DNA of 64,000 nt from Desulfomicrobium sp. (GTDB lineage Bacteria > Desulfobacterota > Desulfovibrionia > Desulfovibrionales > Desulfomicrobiaceae), in assembly GCA_040768745.1 (NCBI GenBank), contig JAXGMI010000001.1, positions 256,001 to 320,000 on the forward strand. The letters are read 5' to 3'. The notes below the pieces were generated by a model. The model had not been told where the DNA came from. It searched no databases and was given only the letters and a program-made list of their open reading frames with translations. The position numbers and the translations under genes are program-made. Shown here one piece after another: positions 19,547 through 27,572 of the stretch. The stretch's first letter is position 1. Each line of letters starts with the position of its first letter.

Positions 19547-19658
19547 CGAAGCGAAGAACGAAGACCCCCCTATAGGGGGGTTCTTCGCCTTCTTCGGTTC
19601 TTCGGTCTCTCGCGTGCGAAGATTCTTCGAAGATTCTTCGGTTTTCTTCGCTTCTTCG
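19547..19658. repeat. Iteron-like array with central palindrome, candidate replication origin
   Basis: Seven TTCTTCG copies, inverted CGAAGA copies, palindrome ACCCCCCTATAGGGGGGT at 19564-19581, directly after primase stop. Confidence 0.7.
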
Positions 19659-19659
19659 G

Positions 19660-22047
19660 TCACTCAGACCACCCACGTCTTGCGCGGATTGCCTCACCGA
19701 TAATGGCGGCCTGTGTTTTCGCACCTGGGCCGCCGAACTGAAAGAGTCCGTCGGCGGTCTCGCAAATGAGAAGGCTTTTCTTGAGGCCGATCACCGCGTC
19801 GTTGAAGGCCGCCCTCGTTGCATTCGTTCCCTTTGGGTTCGGATGGTTTTCTTGATGATGTTCCCGCCAGGTTCCCCGGTCGATGCCGATGAACGCGCCG
19901 GAGTCGTCAAGGAAGCCTCTCTCCATGGCGGCTTGGCGGAACCTCTCGAAGCGTTCGCGGTTCACTGGCGTGATGGTCGGAGTCTTCACTTTTTCCTTGG
20001 CCCCCTCGCTGTCCGCCTCTGGGTCTGGGTAGACGACGCAGCTTGTCACCGGATCGCCATCTGCATCTTGGCCAAGTTCGACAACCTCCCGCCGGAAGTG
20101 CTTCACTATGTCGTCGCGTCCGTCTTTCACCTTTCTGGTGTTCCAGGAAAAAAGCAGTTCAGACTTGTTCGCCTCCTCCACTTCAAGGACCATATCCACG
20201 CCCGCAAACATGGAGTAGTGCCCACGGAAGCCCTTGTCCGTGTTCTTGCCGGGATGCCCCACAAAACAAACAGACCCTTCCACGGCCTGGGCAATCCGCG
20301 TTGCACTGGCCAGGATCAGGCCGTAATCGACGGACCCGTTCTCCTCCAGGCCAGGGGCCGCCCGGTTCAGCGTGTCCACGATAACCACCGCGCCGGGCCC
20401 GACCTCTTCAAGGACAAATGCAATCAGGTCGTCCGTGTCTTCCTTTGTCCGTATGTCCATGGGGTCGGGAGAAAACACGACGCCAGGGTAGCGCCGGTTG
20501 TGATATTGCGCCCATGCCTGCACTCGCCGCTTGTATCCGTGCTGCCCTTCCAGGCAGGCATAGACTACCTGCTTTTGCTTGGTGCGGAATCCGAACCACT
20601 CTCGGCCCTCTTGGATGTCCGCCGCCATATCCACCATGAGGAAGCTCTTCCCGACGGCGGAAAGTCCGTACACAATACCCACGCTCCTCTCCGCCATGAT
20701 GTTTTTTATGATCCATTCAACGTCCGACAGGGCCATGAGGTCATCATATCGCAGCGCTTTGCGTTTGGACTTTTTCGCCGCCAGGGCCGCCTCGATGCAC
20801 CGATATACCGCGTCCAGGCCATGAGCCGGAGCGCTGGCCAGGTCGTTGAAGTCCTTGTCGTCGTATTTCCGGTCTGGCCCGAAGTCGGGCACGGCCAAGG
20901 AGCCGTTCACCGCCTGCGCGGCTTCGACCGCCTTCGGGTCCGGTTCGCCCGTGGCCTTCACCAGGTCGGCCAAGATGATGATGCGCGCCCCCGGGTATTG
21001 CGCCCGGATGGCCTTGGCCACGGTCGGCATGTTGGAGTTGGATGAGGTCATGAAGGCGGCCGTATTGTGCCCGCGCAGCGCGGCCAGGGTGGCCAAAGTC
21101 GTGGTCCCGCCTTCACCGACAACTACCATGTCCGGCACTCCCTGGAAGCCGTCCAGCCGTCCATGGGCGCCCGTTTTTGTCCCTCTCCCGGCAAGCGCCG
21201 CCTTGCGCCCGGACTCGTCAACCAATTCCACGGTGCAGGGTCCTGTCCCGTCGAACCTCTCCAGGGGGATGACCAGCACGCGCCCGGCCAGTGGTTCGCC
21301 GTCGGCTTGGGGGGGGTACCCAAGGATGCGCTGCAACTCGGCCGCGTCGATCTCCAACATGGACGGGGCAGGGTATACGCCTTTCCTCACCAGGTATGGA
21401 TGGTCGGGCCGCGCCGGTTGCGCCGTCGCGATGATGGCCGCCGACCACGCCCGCGCCTGGGCCTGGACGCGCTCGGCCTCTTCTGCGTTCTTCCTGGCCG
21501 CCTCTTCCCTGGACCGCCGCCTGACCTCCACTTCCTCGGGGCTCATCTCCCGCGCCGGCACTGTGTCGGACCAGCCGTATTCCTGGGCCAACTTGAAGAG
21601 CGTTCCAGCCGTGATGCCGCGGCCCTGGCCAAAAGATCGCCACGTTTCCCGCGCCGATGATTCGCGGTAACTCGAACCTGACCGGCTCCAGTCGTCCCAG
21701 ATGGCAAAGCCGTCCTCGCCAAGTTCGTTCTGGATGGCCTGCCCAATGCGCACCCATGTATCCCGGTCGCAATCCGGGTCCAGCACGGCCAGGGCGCTTT
21801 CGATCCTGGGGCGCTGGTCAAGTTCGCGTTGCGCCGCCGGGAGCGGTCGCCGCTGTTCGCCAGCGTTGTTGAGGTCAATCACGGCCGCACCCTCGCAACT
21901 TCTGTTGACAACCACCGCAGGACGTGGCATGGAGACGTTGCCCTCCTTCCAGGGGCAAAACTCCTTGTTTGGTTGCCTTTCATCCTTCTTTGAGCCCCCG
22001 GCGTGCGATGCCTCGGGGGTTTCTCTTTTTTTGTGGTCATGGCTCAT
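19660..22047 (-). CDS. Primase-helicase (PriCT-2 + Toprim + AAA_25/RepA-like helicase)
   Basis: DRDTWVRIGQAI..WDDWS..W.SF..ITAGTLF, HPYL.RKG, VGEG/ILAD/DFND, Walker A GLSAVGKS, Walker B VIVDTL; start uncertain (22047 or 21930). Confidence 0.88.
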   Translation of the reverse strand: MSHDHKKRETPEASHAGGSKKDERQPNKEFCPWKEGNVSMPRPAVVVNRSCEGAAVIDLNNAGEQRRPLPAAQRELDQRPRIESALAVLDPDCDRDTWVRIGQAIQNELGEDGFAIWDDWSRSGSSYRESSARETWRSFGQGRGITAGTLFKLAQEYGWSDTVPAREMSPEEVEVRRRSREEAARKNAEEAERVQAQARAWSAAIIATAQPARPDHPYLVRKGVYPAPSMLEIDAAELQRILGYPPQADGEPLAGRVLVIPLERFDGTGPCTVELVDESGRKAALAGRGTKTGAHGRLDGFQGVPDMVVVGEGGTTTLATLAALRGHNTAAFMTSSNSNMPTVAKAIRAQYPGARIIILADLVKATGEPDPKAVEAAQAVNGSLAVPDFGPDRKYDDKDFNDLASAPAHGLDAVYRCIEAALAAKKSKRKALRYDDLMALSDVEWIIKNIMAERSVGIVYGLSAVGKSFLMVDMAADIQEGREWFGFRTKQKQVVYACLEGQHGYKRRVQAWAQYHNRRYPGVVFSPDPMDIRTKEDTDDLIAFVLEEVGPGAVVIVDTLNRAAPGLEENGSVDYGLILASATRIAQAVEGSVCFVGHPGKNTDKGFRGHYSMFAGVDMVLEVEEANKSELLFSWNTRKVKDGRDDIVKHFRREVVELGQDADGDPVTSCVVYPDPEADSEGAKEKVKTPTITPVNRERFERFRQAAMERGFLDDSGAFIGIDRGTWREHHQENHPNPKGTNATRAAFNDAVIGLKKSLLICETADGLFQFGGPGAKTQAAIIGEAIRARRGWSE

Positions 22048-22505
22048 ACCTCGCGATGGGCAAACAGCACCCACTTTCCGCCGACCATTATTTCGACCTT
22101 GGAGAAGTGCTCCACGCTGATCGGCGCATAGCTGCACCACCAGTTCCTGTGGCTCGCACCAAGGTCTTGAGCCACTTTTTCAAGTGCCCGCGCCCAAGCA
22201 GGGGTGACGCCGCCTTTTTGGCGATGTTTCTTCCACGGCACTAGACGGACATCTCCTCGTTCCAGTGCAGCCGGATTTAAGCAAAAATGCACTGGCTGAT
22301 ACGCGCTTTCTTCCAGTTCCTGCACGGTCGCCTTGGGATACGCGGTCCACTCAAGATTGGGGTCAGAGGATAGCCATAGGGCTGGACGCTCGCCCAACGG
22401 CACGCCTATTGTGGCAAGTCGGAGTTCACCAGAGTCGAAGATAGACTGTAGGTGTCCGGCCTTGCTGTAGTGCCAGAGAGTATCTGGCGATGTTGGCTTT
22501 TTCAT
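22044..22505 (-). CDS. Hypothetical protein with ART/DarT-like N-terminal signature
   Basis: LWHYS...HLQSIFDSGEL....ERPALWLS....EWTA; GAGG RBS; ATGA overlap with primase. Confidence 0.5.
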   Translation of the reverse strand: MKKPTSPDTLWHYSKAGHLQSIFDSGELRLATIGVPLGERPALWLSSDPNLEWTAYPKATVQELEESAYQPVHFCLNPAALERGDVRLVPWKKHRQKGGVTPAWARALEKVAQDLGASHRNWWCSYAPISVEHFSKVEIMVGGKWVLFAHREV

Positions 22506-22518
22506 GGCTGCACCCGCC

Positions 22519-22752
22519 TCACGCCCGACTTTCGGCGTCGAGACGATCAATCAAAGAGTAAATCTCGGACAGTTTCCACGCGGTCGTCCGCGGGCTCAAT
22601 TTGATGCCACGCGGGTAGCGTCCGTCACGCACGCCGTCCCACCAAGTGGACTTTTTTACGGGGATGATCTTCAAGACTTCGGGGAGACGCACAAGGCGGT
22701 CTTGCTGGACGGGGGCCTGGATCTGTTCGGCCTGGGTCTTTTTCGCTTCCAT
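22519..22752 (-). CDS. alpA: AlpA-family transcriptional regulator / excisionase
   Basis: RLVRLPEVLKIIPVKKSTWW....GRYP..IKLSPRTTAW..SEI. Confidence 0.9.
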   Translation of the reverse strand: MEAKKTQAEQIQAPVQQDRLVRLPEVLKIIPVKKSTWWDGVRDGRYPRGIKLSPRTTAWKLSEIYSLIDRLDAESRA

Positions 22753-22886
22753 GGTTCACCTCGGAAAGTAAAATGGACGTCCGGGCCAGGATTAGCCGCG
22801 AACGTCCATTGAAAACGAAAAAAAACGCGCTGTTTCAAAGATATTCGGAAGTTATTTTTTGCTCGAATATCTTTTGCCTTTTATTC

Positions 22887-23624
22887 CTATGTGTTATCCT
22901 CTAAAAGAATTTTTTGAACCTGCTTGAACGCCTTGCAAGCATCGTCCCTGGAAACATCTTCGCCAGTCGCCACCGACATGGTTATTGCCAGCACATTAAA
23001 AAAACCATCCGTCCATTGTGGAATGGAGAATCCGCGGGTGCTCATAGCGAACAGGACGCCGCGCAGGGCCTCCCACTTCCTGGACGCCTTCCTAGAGGCC
23101 TTGGCCGCGTAGGTCGGGATAGCCGCCTCACGGGCAAGCGTGCGATGCTGAACCACTTGGCGCAGGATGCCCTGCAACGCCTCGGCGCCCTCGAACTGCC
23201 CGTCGATAGCCGGGTCCAGGTTGACTTCCCGGAGTAGGGCCTCCAGCCGCGTGGCCGTCTCGCTCACCTCGGAAATAAGATTCTCCCGGTAGTCCACGGC
23301 ATGCTGTTCGGCGTCAAAGTCCCTACAGGCGCGCACCACGTCCTCGACGAACGCCCAAATGGGCGTGTTGAGCAGGTTATCCACCTTGGCGAAGTGCTCA
23401 AAAACGCTTTGCATCCTGGGGTCCGTCCCGATGCGATGGACAACCGCCGCCCTGTGGGTCAGCGCCTCCAAGGATCTGTTTTCGGCGTCAACGCGTCGAT
23501 GCGCCCCGGCCTCACGCGCCTGGGCCATACGTCGCAGGCACGCCGCGCGCTCATCCTCGATGGCGGTCCGCTCACGCTCCAGGACGCCACGCACATAGGA
23601 GTCAACATATTCGGGGAGGTTCAC
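22887..23624 (-). CDS. Hypothetical helical protein between integrase and alpA
   Basis: 245-aa ORF, GTG start, co-oriented with island genes. Confidence 0.55.
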   Translation of the reverse strand: MNLPEYVDSYVRGVLERERTAIEDERAACLRRMAQAREAGAHRRVDAENRSLEALTHRAAVVHRIGTDPRMQSVFEHFAKVDNLLNTPIWAFVEDVVRACRDFDAEQHAVDYRENLISEVSETATRLEALLREVNLDPAIDGQFEGAEALQGILRQVVQHRTLAREAAIPTYAAKASRKASRKWEALRGVLFAMSTRGFSIPQWTDGFFNVLAITMSVATGEDVSRDDACKAFKQVQKILLEDNT

Positions 23625-23686
23625 GGTTCACCTGCTGGCGAAGATCCAGGACCGGACAGTGCGCCCGGCCCTGAAGGTGGAAGGGA

Positions 23687-23929
23687 CTACTTGCTCGTCG
23701 CCATGGCCACGGCCTCAATGGCCGCGATGCGGTCGGCAATTTCGCGCGTGGCCTCGTCAAGTATCCGCGCCGCCGTCTCGCGCTCATCGCGGTTCAGTTC
23801 GGTCTCGCGGATGAGCTTTGCCACGAGTTGGGCCTTCATGGATGCCTCGCCGATTGCGCCCAATTCGCGTTCAATACGGTCGTACAGATTGCCTTCGGTC
23901 GCCTGGGTCTGTAGTTCTGTCGTAGCCAT
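23687..23929 (-). CDS. Small coiled-coil hypothetical protein with structured leader
   Basis: GGAGG RBS, ATG at 23929. Confidence 0.6.
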   Translation of the reverse strand: MATTELQTQATEGNLYDRIERELGAIGEASMKAQLVAKLIRETELNRDERETAARILDEATREIADRIAAIEAVAMATSK

Positions 23930-24031
23930 TTGATACCTCCAGTGTATCATGGGGTTAGGCCGGCGGGGAGTGCCAGCTCCTCGCTTGGCCGAATTTCGGC
24001 TTTGCCCACCATGGGCATGAGCCGAGAAGAT

Positions 24032-25234
24032 TTATTTCTCTCCAGCAACGAGGTGCAAGGGGATGACCTTCGCCCCGTCCCTCAGTTTGTCGAGAAAGTC
24101 GGCCCACGCCTGCATCATCTTCCTGCGCTCGGGCAGGTACTGCGCGAAGTTGTAGGCCGCCCGTACTCCGTCCCGTTCCGCGTGCGCGAGCTGCCGCTCG
24201 ATGGCGTCACGATTCCACCCCTGCTCGTTCAAAAGCGTGCTGGCCATGGATCTGAACCCGTGGGCGCACTGCTGTTGCCGCGTGTCGTATCCCAGATAGC
24301 GCAGTGCCGCGTTGATCGTATTTTCCGACATGGGCCGGGCCGACACCCTGCCTGGGAACAGGTATTTGCCGCCGCCGGTCAGGGGGCGCAGATCCTCGAT
24401 GATGGCAATGGCCTGCTTCGCCAATGGCACGATGTGCTGCACCTTCATCTTCATCTTCTCGGCCGGTATCCGCCATTCCCTGCCCTTGATGTCGACTTCC
24501 GCCCATTCCGCGTGGCGCAGTTCGCCAGGTCGAACGAACAGGAGCGGAGACAGTCGCAGCGCACACCGGACCACATGAGAGCCCTGGTAGCCCTCGATGG
24601 CCCGGAGAAGTTGCGCGATGTCTTTGGGATCTGTCAGACTGGCGTGATGCTTGTGGCGCACTGGTGTGAGAGCACCTTTCAGGTCGGCGGAGTTGTCCCG
24701 CTCGGCCCTGCCGGTCGCCACGGCGTAGCGGAACACCTGGCCAATGACTTGGTGCATCCTGTGGGCAAGGTCGGTTGCACCCCTGTTCTCCATGATCCTG
24801 AGAACGCGCAGGATGTCTTGCGGCTGGATGGAGTTGATGGGCTTGTCACCGAGAAAGGGGAAGATGTCTTTTTCAAGACGGCGAAGGATCTTCGCGCGGT
24901 GGACTTCGCCCCACTTCACTTGATGCTTTTCATGCCACTCACGGGCCAGGGGCTCGAAAGCATCGCCGGTGGGCGTGTCCAGTTCAGCACGGGGGTGAAT
25001 GCCCTGGGCAACGAGCTTGTTGTACTCCAAGCAGGTCGCGCGGGCGTCGGCCAGGGAAATTTCGGGGTAGGGGCCGATGGAGAGCAGGATGGTTTTGCCC
25101 TTCATCATTTTGCGATAGCGCCAGAGCTTTGAGCCGTTCTTCTTGACCGCGAGATATAGCCCGTTGTGGTCAACGATGAGTAGGTCTTTTTCCTTCGCCC
25201 TGGCGTTCCTGATCTTGGTATCAGTCAACGGCAT
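24032..25234 (-). CDS. int: P4-family tyrosine integrase
   Basis: MPLTDTKIRNA, GLYL.V...GSKLWR, G.YPEISLADAR, RPGELR, HGFR, IERQLAH, AAYN. Confidence 0.95.
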   Translation of the reverse strand: MPLTDTKIRNARAKEKDLLIVDHNGLYLAVKKNGSKLWRYRKMMKGKTILLSIGPYPEISLADARATCLEYNKLVAQGIHPRAELDTPTGDAFEPLAREWHEKHQVKWGEVHRAKILRRLEKDIFPFLGDKPINSIQPQDILRVLRIMENRGATDLAHRMHQVIGQVFRYAVATGRAERDNSADLKGALTPVRHKHHASLTDPKDIAQLLRAIEGYQGSHVVRCALRLSPLLFVRPGELRHAEWAEVDIKGREWRIPAEKMKMKVQHIVPLAKQAIAIIEDLRPLTGGGKYLFPGRVSARPMSENTINAALRYLGYDTRQQQCAHGFRSMASTLLNEQGWNRDAIERQLAHAERDGVRAAYNFAQYLPERRKMMQAWADFLDKLRDGAKVIPLHLVAGEK

Positions 25235-25473
25235 CTTGCATACGCTCCGTGGCTCAAAATGATTCACGGGAAGGCCCGTCACTTCTGGATTTCGGAGATT
25301 TCTTGCATACGAAACACGTCGTCCGCGCCCCGTATACAAGCCGGGTATGCAAAAAATAGATGGATGTCAAAGGACCAAACGGGCAAAAGGGACTTCCTCG
25401 GACTATGCGCCCTCAGACTATCCCTTGATTTTATTGCCCTTTTTTACAGAATGGATTCTGTTGGACTTTTGTA

Positions 25474-25560
25474 TGGTGCCGGAGGCGAGACTCGAACTCG
25501 CAAGGGGTTGCCCCCGGTGGATTTTGAGTCCACTGCGTCTACCAATTCCACCACTCCGGC
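25474..25560 (-). tRNA. tRNA-Leu(CAA)
   Basis: GCCGGAG acceptor stem, anticodon loop CT-CAA-AA, long variable arm, GTTCGAGTC T-loop, encoded CCA; 87 nt. Confidence 0.96.
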
Positions 25561-25717
25561 GTGAGGAGTCGCTTGTATGGAACCGTGCCGGCAAAGTCAA
25601 TGGGAATCTGGCCCGGCGGAGGCCCCCGCGGCGCAGGACCGCGCGATCCCGCTTTGACCCCTGCGCGGACTTGTGGCACGACATCCCGGCACACGAACCA
25701 CAGCCCCGGGAGTCGTC

Positions 25718-25927
25718 ATGCTCAACGAAAAATTCCTGAACGAATTCGAAGAATACCTTACCTCCGGCCAACTGGAGGAGGATTACGGCTATTCGGCCGA
25801 GGACCGTAAGGTGGAGATCCTGGAATACCTCGAGCGCTTCATGGACCTCGCCGAGGAGGTGGACAAGGTCGCCACCCGGCTACTCATGCCCCACCTCGCC
25901 GAGACCTTTCCCGCCAAGGACAAATAG
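25718..25927 (+). CDS. Small acidic hypothetical protein
   Basis: GGAG RBS, host-like codon usage. Confidence 0.65.
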   Translation: MLNEKFLNEFEEYLTSGQLEEDYGYSAEDRKVEILEYLERFMDLAEEVDKVATRLLMPHLAETFPAKDK

Positions 25928-26545
25928 CCACAAGAAGCGTTTCCTGCCCGCCACGGCATAGTCCCGGGCCAGCTCGAGGCCATAGCCGTCCACCTCTCCG
26001 GCGGGCAGGGCCTCGTTGCTCATGACCAGCACCCTCCCGCCGGGACCCAGGAGCCCCCGCACCTCCTCCAGCAGGGCACGCCAGGGCTTGAACGCCCTGC
26101 TGACAATGAGGTCGGCCCGCCGCCTGGCCGGGGGCAGGGCCTCCATGCGGCAGCACAGCACCCTGGTCCGGGGCAGCTTCATGACCATCACCGCCTGTTC
26201 CATGAAAATGGCCCGCTTCTGGCGGGGCTCCACCAGGAAGTAGTCGCCCGACCTCCAGAAGACCCGCAGGGGGATGCCGGGCAGGCCCGCTCCGGCCCCC
26301 AGGTCCAGCGTCTCGCCGGGCTGGGCGGGCAAGCCGGCCAGCAGGTCGGCCAGATGCCAGGAGTCCTGGACCAGGGTCTCCAGCATCTGCTGCCAGGAGG
26401 TCGGCCCCACCAGGTTCATGCGGGCGTTCCACTTGACCAGGAGCCCCAGGTAGGCGCTCAGCAGCCCTGCCTCGTCGGCTGCGAGGACCCGGCCGAGGTT
26501 GCGGGCCAGCAGGGAGACCGCGGCCGCTGTGGGGGAGTGGTTCAT
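25880..26545 (-). CDS. rsmG: 16S rRNA m7G527 methyltransferase
   Basis: WNARMNLVG, DLGAGAGLPGIPL, SRAF. Confidence 0.88.
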   Translation of the reverse strand: MNHSPTAAAVSLLARNLGRVLAADEAGLLSAYLGLLVKWNARMNLVGPTSWQQMLETLVQDSWHLADLLAGLPAQPGETLDLGAGAGLPGIPLRVFWRSGDYFLVEPRQKRAIFMEQAVMVMKLPRTRVLCCRMEALPPARRRADLIVSRAFKPWRALLEEVRGLLGPGGRVLVMSNEALPAGEVDGYGLELARDYAVAGRKRFLWLFVLGGKGLGEVGHE

Positions 26546-26630
26546 GAGAGTTCCTTGGGGCGGGTGATTACCCCTTTACCTGCACCGGTGCTGCGGATAC
26601 AAGCAGCGCAGTCTGTTGATCGGAGGATTC

Positions 26631-27572
26631 ATGCACGACGACCTGAGCATCATCTTTCCCGGCCAGGGTTCCCAGGAACCCGGCATGGGGCGCGACCTGG
26701 CCGAGCACTGGCCCGGGGCCATGGAGCTGTGGAAGAAAGCCGAACGCCTGAGCGGCCTTCCGCTTCGGGAGATATACTGGGACGGGGACGAAAAGGCCAT
26801 GGCCGCGACCCGGAATCTGCAGCCGGCCCTGACCGTTGTCAACATGGGCCTGTGGGGCTTCCTGAACGCGCAGCTGCGGCCCGCCGGCGTGGCCGGTCAC
26901 AGCCTGGGGGAATTCGCGGCCCTCTGCGCGGCCGCGGTCCTGTCCGTGGACCAGACCCTGGAACTCGTCTGCCTGCGCGGCAGGCTGATGGACGAGGCCG
27001 CCAGCCAGGACGGCCGCATGGCCGCCATCCTCAAGCTCGAGCAGGGGCAGGTGGAAAGCCTGATCGCGACGGCGGCAGACCAGACCGGGCAGGCCATCCG
27101 CATCGCCAATTTCAACACCCCGGCCCAGTTCGTCGTCAGTGGCCACGCCCAGGCCGTGGACCACGTCTGCGCGGGGGTCAAGCCCCTGAAGGGCCGGGCC
27201 GTGGTCCTGCCGGTCAGCAACGCGTTCCATTCCCCCTCCATGAACGAGGCCGGGGCCGAGCTGGCCCGATACATGGACAGGATGGATTGGCGGGACCCCC
27301 GGATCCCGGTCTACCTGAACGTCACGGCCCGGCCGGAACCGTCCGGCCCGGCCATGCGGGACATCATGAAACAGCAGATGACCTCCTCGGTGCACTGGAT
27401 CCAGACCATCCAGAACCAGTTCGCCGACGGGATGCGCACCTTCCTGGAACTCGGCCCCAGGGGCGTCCTGTCGCGCATGGTCGGCCAGATCCTGGGGGAC
27501 CGGGACGGGGTGCGGGTCGCCTCCGTCGGCACCCTGGAGCAGGCGGCCAAGGTGGAGGAACTCCTGTCATGA
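26631..27572 (+). CDS. fabD: Malonyl-CoA:ACP transacylase
   Basis: FPGQGSQ, GHSLGE, NFNTPAQ, AFHS, ELGP. Confidence 0.92.
   Translation: MHDDLSIIFPGQGSQEPGMGRDLAEHWPGAMELWKKAERLSGLPLREIYWDGDEKAMAATRNLQPALTVVNMGLWGFLNAQLRPAGVAGHSLGEFAALCAAAVLSVDQTLELVCLRGRLMDEAASQDGRMAAILKLEQGQVESLIATAADQTGQAIRIANFNTPAQFVVSGHAQAVDHVCAGVKPLKGRAVVLPVSNAFHSPSMNEAGAELARYMDRMDWRDPRIPVYLNVTARPEPSGPAMRDIMKQQMTSSVHWIQTIQNQFADGMRTFLELGPRGVLSRMVGQILGDRDGVRVASVGTLEQAAKVEELLS

Larger units (their letters stand above)
13880..25497. mobile_element. Phage-satellite-like (PICI-like) integrative element, ~11.6 kb, at tRNA-Leu
   Basis: att direct repeats, integrase next to tRNA, alpA, primase-helicase, capsid protease and major capsid; no tail or lysis genes. 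Confidence 0.88.

Noticed and set aside
19547..19658. CRISPR array
   Set aside because: 7-bp units without unique spacers; no cas genes in the window
19457..19663. 68-aa E/K-rich ORF
   Set aside because: Translation of the TTCTTCG array; better explained as an origin
13880..25497. Complete prophage, gene transfer agent or encapsulin locus
   Set aside because: No tail, lysis, portal or terminase genes; integrase, alpA, primase and att sites point to a satellite
26354..27568. Apparent 956-aa ArgS fusion
   Set aside because: Extension is an off-frame overlap of fabD; argS starts at 27569
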